Positions 41,339-50,092 of a stretch of 64,000 bases of DNA are shown here, piece by piece; position 1 is the first letter of the stretch; every line of letters starts with the position of its first letter. The DNA comes from an uncultured Actinomycetota bacterium (GTDB lineage Bacteria; Actinomycetota; Actinomycetes; S36-B12; GCA-2699445): positions 28,197 to 92,196 of the forward strand of contig CAVPOB010000040.1 in the NCBI GenBank assembly GCA_963706835.1, written 5' to 3'. A model generated the notes under the pieces. That model searched no databases and was not told the DNA's origin. It worked only from the letters and a program-made list of their open reading frames with translations. The translations under genes were made by a program, and so were the position numbers.

Positions 41339-44300
41339 ATGTATCGTCCGGTTCCCGCACGCATCGATCTGCCCGCGATGGAGCGGGAGATCATCGCCTG
41401 GTGGCAGGAGCACGACATCTTCCACCGAAGCCTGGCCGCGAGCGCGGGCAAGCCGATGTGGGTGTTCTACGAGGGTCCGCCCACTGCCAACGGCACGCCG
41501 GGCACGCACCACGTCGAGGCGCGGGTGTTCAAGGACGTGTTCCCGCGCTTCAAGACGATGCAGGGCTATCACGTGCCGCGCAAGGCCGGGTGGGACTGCC
41601 ATGGCCTGCCGGTGGAGCTAGCGGTGGAGAAGCAACTGGGCTTCACCGGCAAGCAGGACATCGAGGCCTTCGGCATCGAGGCCTTCAACGCCAAGTGCCG
41701 CGAGTCGGTGCACGCGCATGTCGACGAGTTCGCGGTCATGACGCAGCGCATGGGCTATTGGGTGGACATGGACCAGGCGTACTGGACCATGAACCCCGCC
41801 TATGTCGAGAGCGTCTGGTGGTCCCTGCAGCAGATCTTCAATGCCGGCCTGCTGGTGCAGGACCACCGGGTCACGCCCTACTGCCCGCGCTGCGGGACCG
41901 GGTTGAGCGACCACGAGATCGCCCAGGGCTACGAGACGGTCGTCGATCCGTCGGTCTTCGTCCGCTTCCCGGTCACCGGTGGTGCGCTGCTGGACCGCTA
42001 CCCGGGCCTGACGCTGCTGGTCTGGACGACGACGCCCTGGACCCTGGTGTCCAACACCGCCGTCGCGGTCAACCCGAAGGCCGACTACGTGGTCGCCCGC
42101 AGCCGCGGGGAGACGTTCCTGGTCGCGCATGACCTGCTCATCGCCACCCTCGGCGAGGAGGCGGAGGTGCTGCAGACCCTGCCCGGCGCTGAGCTGGAGC
42201 GGCTGCCGTACCGGCGGCCCTTTGACCTGGTGGAGATCCCGGATGCCCATTACGTCGTGCTGGGCGAGTACGTGACCACCGACGACGGTACCGGCCTGGT
42301 GCATCAGGCCCCGGCCTTCGGCGCCGACGACCTCGCGGTGTGCAGGGCCTACGACATGCCGGTGGTCAACCCGGTCGCCGCGGACGGCCACTTCGCCCCC
42401 GAGGTCGGCCTGGTCGGCGGCATGTTCTTCAAGAAGGCCGATGAGACGCTCGTCGCCGATCTGCAGCAGCGCGGGCTGCTGTTCGCCCACGTGCCCTACG
42501 AACACGCCTACCCGCACTGCTGGCGCTGCCACACGCCGCTGATCTACTACGCCCAGCCGTCCTGGTACATCCGCACCACCGAGATCAAGGACCGATTGCT
42601 GGCCCAGAACGAGGGCACCAACTGGTTCCCGGCCACCATCCAGTGGGGTCGCTACGGCGACTGGCTGCACAACAACATCGACTGGGCCCTGTCCCGGGAT
42701 CGCTACTGGGGGACGCCGCTGCCCATCTGGCGCTGCGACGAGGACCACTTGACGGCCATCGGCTCGTTGGCCGAGCTCGGCGAGTTGGCCGGGCGCGACC
42801 TCACCGGCTTCGACCCGCACCGGCCCTACGTGGACGACATCACCTTCCCCTGCCCCACGTGCCAGGCGGAGTCGCGCCGCGTGCCGGAGGTCATCGACTG
42901 CTGGTACGACTCCGGCGCCATGCCGTTCGCGCAGTTCGGCTACCCGCACCGGGGGGCGGAGGACTTCGACGCCCAGTACCCGGCGGACTTCATCTGCGAA
43001 GCCATCGACCAGACCCGGGGGTGGTTCTACACGCTGATGGCCGTCGGGACGCTGGTCTTCGACCAGAGCGCCTACCGCAACGTCGTCTGCCTCGGTCACA
43101 TCCTCGACGAGGACGGCCGAAAGATGAGCAAGCACCTCGGCAACGTCCTGGAGCCGGTGCCGCTGATGGACGCCCACGGCGCCGATGCGGTGCGCTGGTT
43201 CATGCTCGCCGCGGGCTCGCCGTGGCAGGCGCGCAGGGTCGGTCACCAGGCCATCGAGGAGGTCGCGCGCAAGACCCTGCTCACCTACTGGAACACCGTC
43301 TCGTTCCAGTCGCTGTATGCAAGGGCCGCAGACTGGAGCCCCGGGGCCGCGGTCGGCGAGCGGACCGACCTGGACCGTTGGCTGCTGTCGCAGGCCCAGG
43401 TGCTGGTGCGCGACGTCACCGAGGCCCTGGAGCGCTTCGACACCCAGCGTGCCGGTCGGGCGCTGGCCGCCTTCGTCGACGAGACGTCGAACTGGTACGT
43501 GCGCCGGTCCCGGAGGCGGTTCTGGGAGGGCGATCCGGCGGCGCTGGCTACGTTGCACGAGGCGCTGCGCATCATGACCCTCGCCATGGCCCCGTTCACG
43601 CCATTCATCACCGAGCAGGTCTGGCAGAGCCTGTTCGCGGGCGTCGAAGGGGAACCGGAGTCGGTGCACTTGGCGTCGTGGCCCACGTTGGAAGAGTCGC
43701 TCATCGACGGCGACCTCGGCGCCGACATGGCCATGGTCCGCCGCGTGGTCGAACTCGGCAGGGCCGCCCGGGCCAGTTCCGGGGTGCGCAACCGCCAGCC
43801 GCTGGCCGCGTGCCTGGTGGCGGGGGCACGTTGGGCCCGCCTGTCGCAGCAGCTGCGCGACGAGATCGCCGAGGAGCTCAACGTGCAGCGGGTGATCGGT
43901 CTGGCCGATCACGCGGGCGACTTGGTCGATGTGCAGGTCAAAGCGAACTTCCGCGCGTTGGGCAAGCGGTTCGCCAAGCAGACGCCGCTGGTGGCCAAGG
44001 GCATCGCGCAGGCCGATGGCGCGGCGCTGGCCGCCGAGGTGCGCGGGGCCGGCAGCGCCACGCTGGAGGTTGCGGAGGTGGGGCAGGTGACGCTCACCGC
44101 TGACGATCTCATCATCACCGAGACCCCCCGGGAGGGCTGGACCGTCGCCGCAGAGAGCGGCGACACCGTGGCGCTGGACCTCCACCTCACCGACGAACTG
44201 GTGCGGGCCGGCCTGGCCCGGGAAGTCACCCGGTTCCTGCAGGAGACGCGCAAGCAGGCCGGCCTGGAGATCACTGATCGCATCGATGTGGTGTGGTCCA

Positions 44301-44458
44301 GCGAGGACGGCGAGGTGGCGGCGGCGATCGGCGAGCACGCGGCCACCATCGCCGAGGAGGTGCTGGCGCTGCAGTTCTCCAACGGCGAGCCGGGAGGGGG
44401 CCACACCGCGGCGTCGGAGGAACTGCGGCTGCGGGTCTCGGTGCAGCGGCACTCCTGA
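41339..44458 (+). CDS. ileS: isoleucine--tRNA ligase
   Basis: Intact 1039-aa ORF with PPTANGTPGTHHVEARV (HIGH region), KMSKHLGNV (KMSKS) and an editing domain. Confidence 0.97.
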   Translation: MYRPVPARIDLPAMEREIIAWWQEHDIFHRSLAASAGKPMWVFYEGPPTANGTPGTHHVEARVFKDVFPRFKTMQGYHVPRKAGWDCHGLPVELAVEKQLGFTGKQDIEAFGIEAFNAKCRESVHAHVDEFAVMTQRMGYWVDMDQAYWTMNPAYVESVWWSLQQIFNAGLLVQDHRVTPYCPRCGTGLSDHEIAQGYETVVDPSVFVRFPVTGGALLDRYPGLTLLVWTTTPWTLVSNTAVAVNPKADYVVARSRGETFLVAHDLLIATLGEEAEVLQTLPGAELERLPYRRPFDLVEIPDAHYVVLGEYVTTDDGTGLVHQAPAFGADDLAVCRAYDMPVVNPVAADGHFAPEVGLVGGMFFKKADETLVADLQQRGLLFAHVPYEHAYPHCWRCHTPLIYYAQPSWYIRTTEIKDRLLAQNEGTNWFPATIQWGRYGDWLHNNIDWALSRDRYWGTPLPIWRCDEDHLTAIGSLAELGELAGRDLTGFDPHRPYVDDITFPCPTCQAESRRVPEVIDCWYDSGAMPFAQFGYPHRGAEDFDAQYPADFICEAIDQTRGWFYTLMAVGTLVFDQSAYRNVVCLGHILDEDGRKMSKHLGNVLEPVPLMDAHGADAVRWFMLAAGSPWQARRVGHQAIEEVARKTLLTYWNTVSFQSLYARAADWSPGAAVGERTDLDRWLLSQAQVLVRDVTEALERFDTQRAGRALAAFVDETSNWYVRRSRRRFWEGDPAALATLHEALRIMTLAMAPFTPFITEQVWQSLFAGVEGEPESVHLASWPTLEESLIDGDLGADMAMVRRVVELGRAARASSGVRNRQPLAACLVAGARWARLSQQLRDEIAEELNVQRVIGLADHAGDLVDVQVKANFRALGKRFAKQTPLVAKGIAQADGAALAAEVRGAGSATLEVAEVGQVTLTADDLIITETPREGWTVAAESGDTVALDLHLTDELVRAGLAREVTRFLQETRKQAGLEITDRIDVVWSSEDGEVAAAIGEHAATIAEEVLALQFSNGEPGGGHTAASEELRLRVSVQRHS

Positions 44459-44670
44459 CCGCTGCTACCGGCGAGAGGGCCGCGCCACCGGCCGGCCCTG
44501 CTGGCGCGGCCCTGCGCCGGCGAGGCTGGCAATGAGGCGCATCGCAGGGGGCGTCTGGTGGGATCCGGCGTCTGCGGGTGGAGCGAGCGGGCCGCCGGGG
44601 GCCCGGTCGCATCCCGGTGTCCAGCGGATCCAGCAATGTGAGCGGCCTCATCCCGCTGCGCCGAGGAACG

Positions 44671-45185
44671 TCTGCACCCGGTTCGGGGGTTTGCACCCGC
44701 CGCGGGGGCGGACCGGCCGGAGTGCGGGGCGGGTCTGCACCCGGTTCGGGGGTTTGCACCCGCCGCGGGGGCGGACCGGCCGGAGTGCGGGGCGGGTCTG
44801 CACCCGGTTCGGGGGTTTGCACCCGCCGCGGGGGCGGAACGTCCGGTAGTCGGGGCAGGGCTGCACCCGGTTCGGGGGTTTGCACCCGCCGCGGGGGCGG
44901 AACCGGCCGGATCGGGGCCGACAGCCACCGTCCCGGGTGCAAACCCCCGCAACCGGGTGCACCGTGGCCGCCCCGGAGGCCCTCTCAGCCCCCGTCCCGG
45001 GTGCAAACCCCCGCAACGGGTGCACAGCCGCCGCCCCGGAGGCCCCGCACGGGGCGCCGACACCGCACCCAAGCGCAGCGCCGTCCCCTGCCAGCCGCCG
45101 GCCGCGAAGCCCCGCATCCCCGGGGAACGGCGCCCACCCCGAGCCACCGCCCGATGCAGCACACCCTGGATTGCGAGGAGCCGGC
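44671..45185 (+). repeat. composite intergenic repeat, locus B: 4 direct 63-bp units, 2 inverted units (64-bp spacing), and a conserved flank
   Basis: Units start at 44671, 44734, 44797 and 44860 (TCTGCACCCGGTTCGGGGGTTTGCACCCGCCGCGGGGGCGGACCGGCCGGAGTGCGGGGCGGG; units 1 and 2 are identical). Inverted cores GTGCAAACCCCCGCAACCGGGTGCAC lie at 44937-44962 and 45001-45025. The flank ends with CCCTGGATTGCGAGGAG at 45164-45180. Confidence 0.9.
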
Positions 45186-45202
45186 AATGACCCGCAGCGA
45201 GG

Positions 45203-45673
45203 CTACCGACCGGCCTCCGCGGTCTGCTTCAGTCGAGCCAGCGTGGTGCGCATATTCGCACGGTTGTGGGCCGCGCGGTCGCCCGGGATCAGCAACGAGC
45301 CGAGCAGTCGCACCGGCAGCCCGATCAGTCCGTCGCGACGGTCCAGCCACACCTCGGTCACCACGGTCCCCCCGTTCGCAGCCGGAACGAGCCGGTAGCT
45401 CCAGCGCGACAGCGACACCGGCCCGGCATCGACGTCGAACTCCAGCAACCGCGGCGCTTCGGCGTGCCGCACCGTGCAGACCGTCCACCACCGGACCGGG
45501 CCGCGTCGGTTGCTCCCGATGAATCGGTCCCCCGCCTCCAGGCGGCGGGGGGCCCGCAGCGCCCCGGTGGCCTCTGGGGACCACTCGCCCATTCGCGCGA
45601 TATCGGCGATCAGGTCATAGACGGCTTGGACGGGGGCCTCGATCTCGATGCTCTCGGCGACCTGCGCACCCAT
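45203..45673 (-). CDS. SRPBCC (polyketide cyclase/dehydrase-like) family protein
   Basis: Intact 156-aa ORF: MGAQVAESIEIEAPVQAVYDLIADIARMGEWSPE..., the typical START/Bet v1-like N-terminus. Confidence 0.75.
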   Translation of the reverse strand: MGAQVAESIEIEAPVQAVYDLIADIARMGEWSPEATGALRAPRRLEAGDRFIGSNRRGPVRWWTVCTVRHAEAPRLLEFDVDAGPVSLSRWSYRLVPAANGGTVVTEVWLDRRDGLIGLPVRLLGSLLIPGDRAAHNRANMRTTLARLKQTAEAGR

Positions 45674-45679
45674 CGCGCC

Positions 45680-45964
45680 CTACACCGAGGACAGCAACGA
45701 GGTGGCCAGGCCGATCATGAGGACCAGGACCAGGAAGGACAGATCCAGGCTCACCTGACCGAGCCGCAGCGGCGGTATGAACCGGCGCAGGAATCGCAGC
45801 GGCGGGTCGGTCACCGTGTAGACGGCCTCCGCCAGCACCAGCATCGGGCCCTTCGGCTCCCACGAGCGGGCGAACAGTTGGACGTAGTCCAGGACGAGTC
45901 GGGCCATCAGGATGAGGAAGTAGATCCACAGAACCGTTGCGACGGCACTTGCAATCGCGCTCAC
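45680..45964 (-). CDS. yggT: YggT-family membrane protein
   Basis: VSAIASAVATVLWIYFLILMARLVLDYVQLF...PPLRFLRRFIPPLRLG..DLSFLVLVLMI. GTG 45964 lies within ORF 45680..46027, immediately after sepF. Confidence 0.85.
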   Translation of the reverse strand: MSAIASAVATVLWIYFLILMARLVLDYVQLFARSWEPKGPMLVLAEAVYTVTDPPLRFLRRFIPPLRLGQVSLDLSFLVLVLMIGLATSLLSSV

Positions 45965-45968
45965 AGTC

Positions 45969-46444
45969 TCAACTCTGGTTGAAGAAGCCGTCCCGCGCCT
46001 GACGGACTGCGGGGGCGTCTCGCACATCGACGTTCTGCGGCGAGAGCAGGAAGACCTTGTTCGTCACGCGCTCGATGGAGCCGTGGAGGCCGAAGACCAG
46101 ACCGGCCGCGAAATCGACGACGCGCTTGGCGTCGGCGCCGTCCATCTCGGTCAGGTTGATGATGACGGGGTGGCCGGAGCGATACTCCTCGCCGATCCGC
46201 CGTGCGTCGTTGTACGAGCGCGGATGGATCGTGTGGATGGCGTGCACCTCGGCGACCGCCGTAGCCGTACCGGCCCCGCGTAGGTCGCCGGCTCATGGTG
46301 GGTCGACCGCACCGGCGCGGGGTCGGAGACCGGCGCGAGCCGCCGCTCCGGCTCCTGGTAGCCGTAGTCGTCGTAACCGACAGCCATCGGGTCGTCCTCG
46401 ACAAGGCCGAGATACACCCCGATCTTGCGCATTGCGTTTGCCAT
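45969..46444 (-). pseudogene. sepF: cell division protein SepF; one frame break
   Basis: MANAMRKIGVYLGLVEDD.. (ATG 46444, in ORF 46151..46615), then ..[55 protein letters not shown] (ORF 45969..46247). The break is near 46265-46280. Confidence 0.9.
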
Positions 46445-46499
46445 CTCTGCTCCTCGCGTGGGGGAAGGGCTAGCCACGAGGTCACCCGTGGCCATGACA

Positions 46500-47210
46500 C
46501 TACCTGACGACGTTCCGTTCGCCGAACAGCGCGCTGCCGATGCGCACGTGTGTCGCCCCGGCACGGATCGCCGCCTCGAAGTCGTGGGACATCCCGGCGG
46601 ACATGCCCCGGGCATGGGGGTGGCGCTGCTGCAGCGCCTGCGACAGCGCCGCGAGCCGGGCGAAGGCCAGGTCGGGATCGGCCTGCCGCGGTGGCAGCGT
46701 CATCAGGCCCGCCAGCACCAAGTCGGACTCGGCGGCGACCGCGTCGGCGAGCTCGGGGAGGTCCCGCGGCGCGGCGCCGCCGCGGCCAGCAGCCGCATCG
46801 GCCGGGGCGAGCTCGGCCAACGAGACCTGCAGGAAGATCGTGGCGGTGCGGCCGGCCTCGCGGGCGCCGCGCGCCAGACCGGGCACGACGCGAGCGCGGT
46901 CGACGGAGTGCACGGTCGGGGCGACCCGCCCGATGGCGGCCGCCTTCTTCGACTGAATCTGTCCGAGGAAGTGCCAGCGAATGGTCCGTTCGGCGAGGGC
47001 GGCAGCCTTCTGCTGCAGCTCCGGCAGCCGGTTCTCCCCGAAGTCGACGACGCCGAGGTCGTGCAGCACGGCGATGTCGGCGGCCGGCCACGTCTTGCTC
47101 ACGGCGATCAGCGCCACCTCGGCCGGGTCCCGACCCGCGGTCGCGCAGGCCTGCGCGATCCTGGCGCGCACGGCCGCCAGGCCATCTGCGAGATCCCTGT
47201 GGCGCGTCAT
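46500..47210 (-). CDS. yggS: YggS-family pyridoxal-phosphate-binding protein
   Basis: Intact 236-aa ORF: LIAVSKTWP...DFGENR...[11 protein letters not shown]...[13 protein letters not shown]. Confidence 0.9.
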   Translation of the reverse strand: MTRHRDLADGLAAVRARIAQACATAGRDPAEVALIAVSKTWPAADIAVLHDLGVVDFGENRLPELQQKAAALAERTIRWHFLGQIQSKKAAAIGRVAPTVHSVDRARVVPGLARGAREAGRTATIFLQVSLAELAPADAAAGRGGAAPRDLPELADAVAAESDLVLAGLMTLPPRQADPDLAFARLAALSQALQQRHPHARGMSAGMSHDFEAAIRAGATHVRIGSALFGERNVVR

Positions 47211-47932
47211 GCTGCGGGACCCAGCACTGCCAGCACTGCCTGCCTTCCGGTGATGCCGTCGCGCCGATGCGAGTACAGCGTCGAATCTTCCGCGGTGCAG
47301 CGCTCGTCGGGGGTGATGGCCCGGCAGCCGGCAGCCCGCAGTTGTGCCACGGTCCCGCCGACGAGGTCGATCGCTGCGGCACCCGATGCCGTGGTCGCCC
47401 AGGCCTGCGGAACCGCCGCCGAGACCTGATCGCGCACCCCGTCGGACACCTCATAGCAGGCCGGGCAGATTGCCGGCCCCAGCCGCACCAGCAGTTGCGA
47501 TGTGTCAGCACCCATGCGTTCCAGGGCGGCGATGGTGGCCGGGACGATCCCGGCCGCCAGGCCCCGCCAGCCGCAGTGGAAGACCGCCGCGGCCGGCAGG
47601 TCTGGCGCGGCAATCGCTCCGGCCACACAGTCGGCGGATAGCGCCAGCAACCCAAGCCCGGGCCTGGTCGTGACCAGCGCATCCCCGGTCGGCGCCCGCC
47701 CGCCTACGGCCACCTTGTGGACCGTGCTGCCGTGCTCGGCGTCGATGACGGCGGCCTCGTCGACGTTGGCAGCCGCCGCCACCAACCGCCGATTGGCCGA
47801 CACCGCAGCAGCAGCATCACCGACATGGTCGGCCAGGTTGAGGCTGTCCCAGGGAGGCAGGCTGCTGCCGCCGCGTCGGTCGGTCAGGACCAGCCGGACC
47901 GGGCCCAGCGCCTCGGCCCGAGCCGGGATCAC
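47207..47932 (-). CDS. pgeF: DUF152/YfiH-family peptidoglycan editing factor (polyphenol oxidase-like)
   Basis: [39 protein letters not shown]...[13 protein letters not shown]...CPACYEV...YSHRRDG. GTG 47932 overlaps the ftsZ stop. Confidence 0.88.
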   Translation of the reverse strand: MIPARAEALGPVRLVLTDRRGGSSLPPWDSLNLADHVGDAAAAVSANRRLVAAAANVDEAAVIDAEHGSTVHKVAVGGRAPTGDALVTTRPGLGLLALSADCVAGAIAAPDLPAAAVFHCGWRGLAAGIVPATIAALERMGADTSQLLVRLGPAICPACYEVSDGVRDQVSAAVPQAWATTASGAAAIDLVGGTVAQLRAAGCRAITPDERCTAEDSTLYSHRRDGITGRQAVLAVLGPAA

Positions 47933-49100
47933 TGCAGCCAGGCGGGCAGGTCGATGCCGTCCCCGGTCTCGTTGTCGAACTTGATCTTGCGGGGCTCGAC
48001 CGGGGTCCCGCGGTCCTCCGTCGGGGCAGCGGCAGCCGCGCTGGGGCCGCGGCTCGTGGCTGCGTACGTCCACGACGCGCTCCCGGCCCTCCCGCTCCGG
48101 CGAGGTGTTGACCACCCGCTGCTCCTGGGCGCGCAACCTCGGCAGGCCGCCGTCGAAGCCCGCGGCGATCACCGTCACCCGCACCTCGTCGCCAAGGGTG
48201 TCGTCGATGACCGCGCCGAAGATGATGTTCGCTTCCGGGTGCGCCGCCTCGGTCACCAGCCGCGCGGCCTCGTTGATCTCGAAGAGCCCGAGGTCGCGAG
48301 CCGCCGGCGATCGACATCAGCACACCGTGGGCGCCGTCGATCGTGGCCTCCAGCAGCGGTGAGTTGATCGCGCCCTCGGCAGCCGTGACCGCGCGTTCCT
48401 CGCCCCGGGCCGAGCCGATGCCCATCAGCGCCGAGCCGGCCCCCTCCATGACCGACTTCACATCGGCGAAGTCGAGGTTGATCAGACCAGGGGTGGTGAT
48501 GAGGTCGGTGATGCCGGAGACGCCCTGCAGCAGCACGTGGTCGGCCTGGCGGAAGGCGTCGATCATGCTGATCTTGCGATCGGTCAGCGACAGCAGGCGG
48601 TCGTTGGGGATCACGATGAGGGTGTCGACCTCGGAGCGGAGCGACTCGATGCCCTCCTCGGCCTGCACCGAGCGGCGCCGACCCTCGAAGTTGAACGGCC
48701 GGGTCACAACGCCGATGGTCAGCGCACCCAGGCCCCGGGCGATCCGCGCCACGACCGGCGCTCCGCCCGTGCCGGTGCCGCCGCCCTCGCCAGCCGTCAC
48801 GAAGACCATGTCGGCGCCCTTGATGACCTCTTCGATCTCCTCGGCGTGGTCCTCGGCCGCCTTGCGGCCCACCTCCGGGTTCGCCCCGGCCCCCAGGCCG
48901 CGGGTCAGGTCGCGACCGATGTCGAGCTTGACGTCGGCATCGCTCATCAGCAGTGCCTGGGCGTCGGTGTTGATGGCGATGAACTCCACGCCCTTGAGCC
49001 CGACTTCGATCATCCGGTTGACGGCGTTGACACCGCCGCCGCCGATGCCGACGACCTTGATGACTGCCAAGTAGTTCTGCGGAGCGGCCACGGCCACCAT
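47929..49100 (-). pseudogene. ftsZ: cell division GTPase FtsZ; 2 frame breaks
   Basis: [30 protein letters not shown]...[13 protein letters not shown]...MSIAGGS (ORF 47817..49100), then [47 protein letters not shown] (frame of ORF 47207..48256). The C-terminal peptide ..[23 protein letters not shown]-stop is in the third frame. Breaks are near 48290 and somewhere in 47990-48110. Confidence 0.93.
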
Positions 49101-49167
49101 CCCTTCTCGCCACCCTCAGGTGGATCATCCGATGCGCCGGCAGGACGCTGCTTCAACTTCCACTTGA

Positions 49168-49240
49168 GGGTCAATCCCCTCCCCCTACCGCCGCAGTGAC
49201 ACTAGGAGGGCGGGCGCATGGGGCGCAAGGGATTGACCCC
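49168..49240 (-). promoter_or_regulatory. long-range inverted repeat in the ftsQ-ftsZ intergenic region (ftsZ leader or promoter)
   Basis: GGGTCAATCCCCT (49168-49180) and AGGGATTGACCCC (49228-49240) are near-perfect reverse complements 47 nt apart. Each arm contains a TTGACC hexamer on one strand. Confidence 0.35.
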
Positions 49241-49304
49241 AGAACACGCCGACGATTCTTCTTGGCTTGAAGGGGCGCTTCAGGGTTCTTGCCCCGTCGC
49301 TGTC

Positions 49305-50092
49305 CTAGGGCTGGGCGGGAGCCGGAATCCCTTGCAGCGCGGGCCGTTCCGGGACGGCCACGCTGTATCGCTCGGCACCCACGGGAAGGAGTTGCCCGAG
49401 GACCGCGAACTTCTCGGCGAGGCGATCAGGGGCACCGAGATCGACGATCGCTCCCGATGTCAGCCGCACCTCGACGCTGCCGCCGCTGGCGGTCACGGTC
49501 ACCGTGTCGGTCTGCGGCAGCAGGGCGTCGGGGACCTGCTGCACCACCTGCAGCCCCACCAGTCGCTGCTCGTCCCCCACCGCCTCCAGCAGCGGCAAAC
49601 CGGGCGGCCGTTGACCGACCTGCCGGATGGCAGCACCGGTCGGGTCCAGGACGCGGAATCCGGCCGCGGGTCGCCACGACGGCCACCGGTTCCTGCTCCG
49701 TCACCGCGATGGCGAGGGTGTTCCACCACCGCCAGTCGATGGTGGCCGCCTGGACGCCCTCGATGGATTCCAACCGCTGCCACCAGCGCCTCTGCGTCCA
49801 CGGCGCGGAAGGCCTGACCGACCACATTCGGCGTCGCTGCCACGACGGCTGGCTTCACGCTCGGCCCAGCGCCCTCGATGACGATGCCGGCCACCTGGAA
49901 GGGGGACTGCATGCTCGAGGCCAGCATCGCCCCCGCCAGCACGGCGGAGCCGGCCGCACCGGCGACCAGCAGTCGCCATGACGGGCGACGCAGCACGGTG
50001 CGGCGGCGTCGCTGCCGCTGATCCGCCGAGTCCTCGGGCCGCGCCGCCGGCTCCGCAGTGGCCAGCCCGGCGCCGCTGGACGGCTCAGTCAT
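49305..50092 (-). pseudogene. ftsQ: cell division protein FtsQ/DivIB; 2 frame breaks
   Basis: MTEPSSGAG..RRPSWRLLVAGAAGSAVLAGAML..FQVAGIVIEGAG (ORF 49499..50092), ESIEGVQAATIDWRWWNTLAIAVTEQEPVAVV (49426..49827) and LPLLEAVGDEQRLVGLQVV..VEVRLTSGAIVDLG (49305..49598). Confidence 0.85.

Noticed and set aside
44680-44700. A tRNA-like T-arm (GGTTCGGGGG) inside the repeat core.
   Set aside because: The flanking bases do not form a T stem, and no acceptor, D or anticodon arms can be drawn. I found no tRNA gene anywhere in the window.
44671-44935. Possible CRISPR array. The 63-bp periodicity, with a conserved segment of about 28 nt and a variable segment of about 35 nt, is CRISPR-like geometry.
   Set aside because: The 'spacers' are themselves near-identical between units (units 1 and 2 are identical over all 63 bp). 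The same units occur in inverted orientation next door and at two other loci. No cas genes or leader are present. It is a tandem, interspersed repeat and not an array of acquired spacers.
44271-44942. ORFs across the repeat loci that encode 21-aa repeats (for example PPRRVQTPEPGA.. in 44271..44942, or SAPGSGVCTRRGGGPAGVRGG in 44578..45522). The period of 63 is a multiple of 3.
   Set aside because: These ORFs are open in several frames and on both strands simply because of GC richness. They overlap the 3' end of ileS in antisense, have no credible start or RBS, and the same units occur in both orientations in unrelated intergenic contexts.
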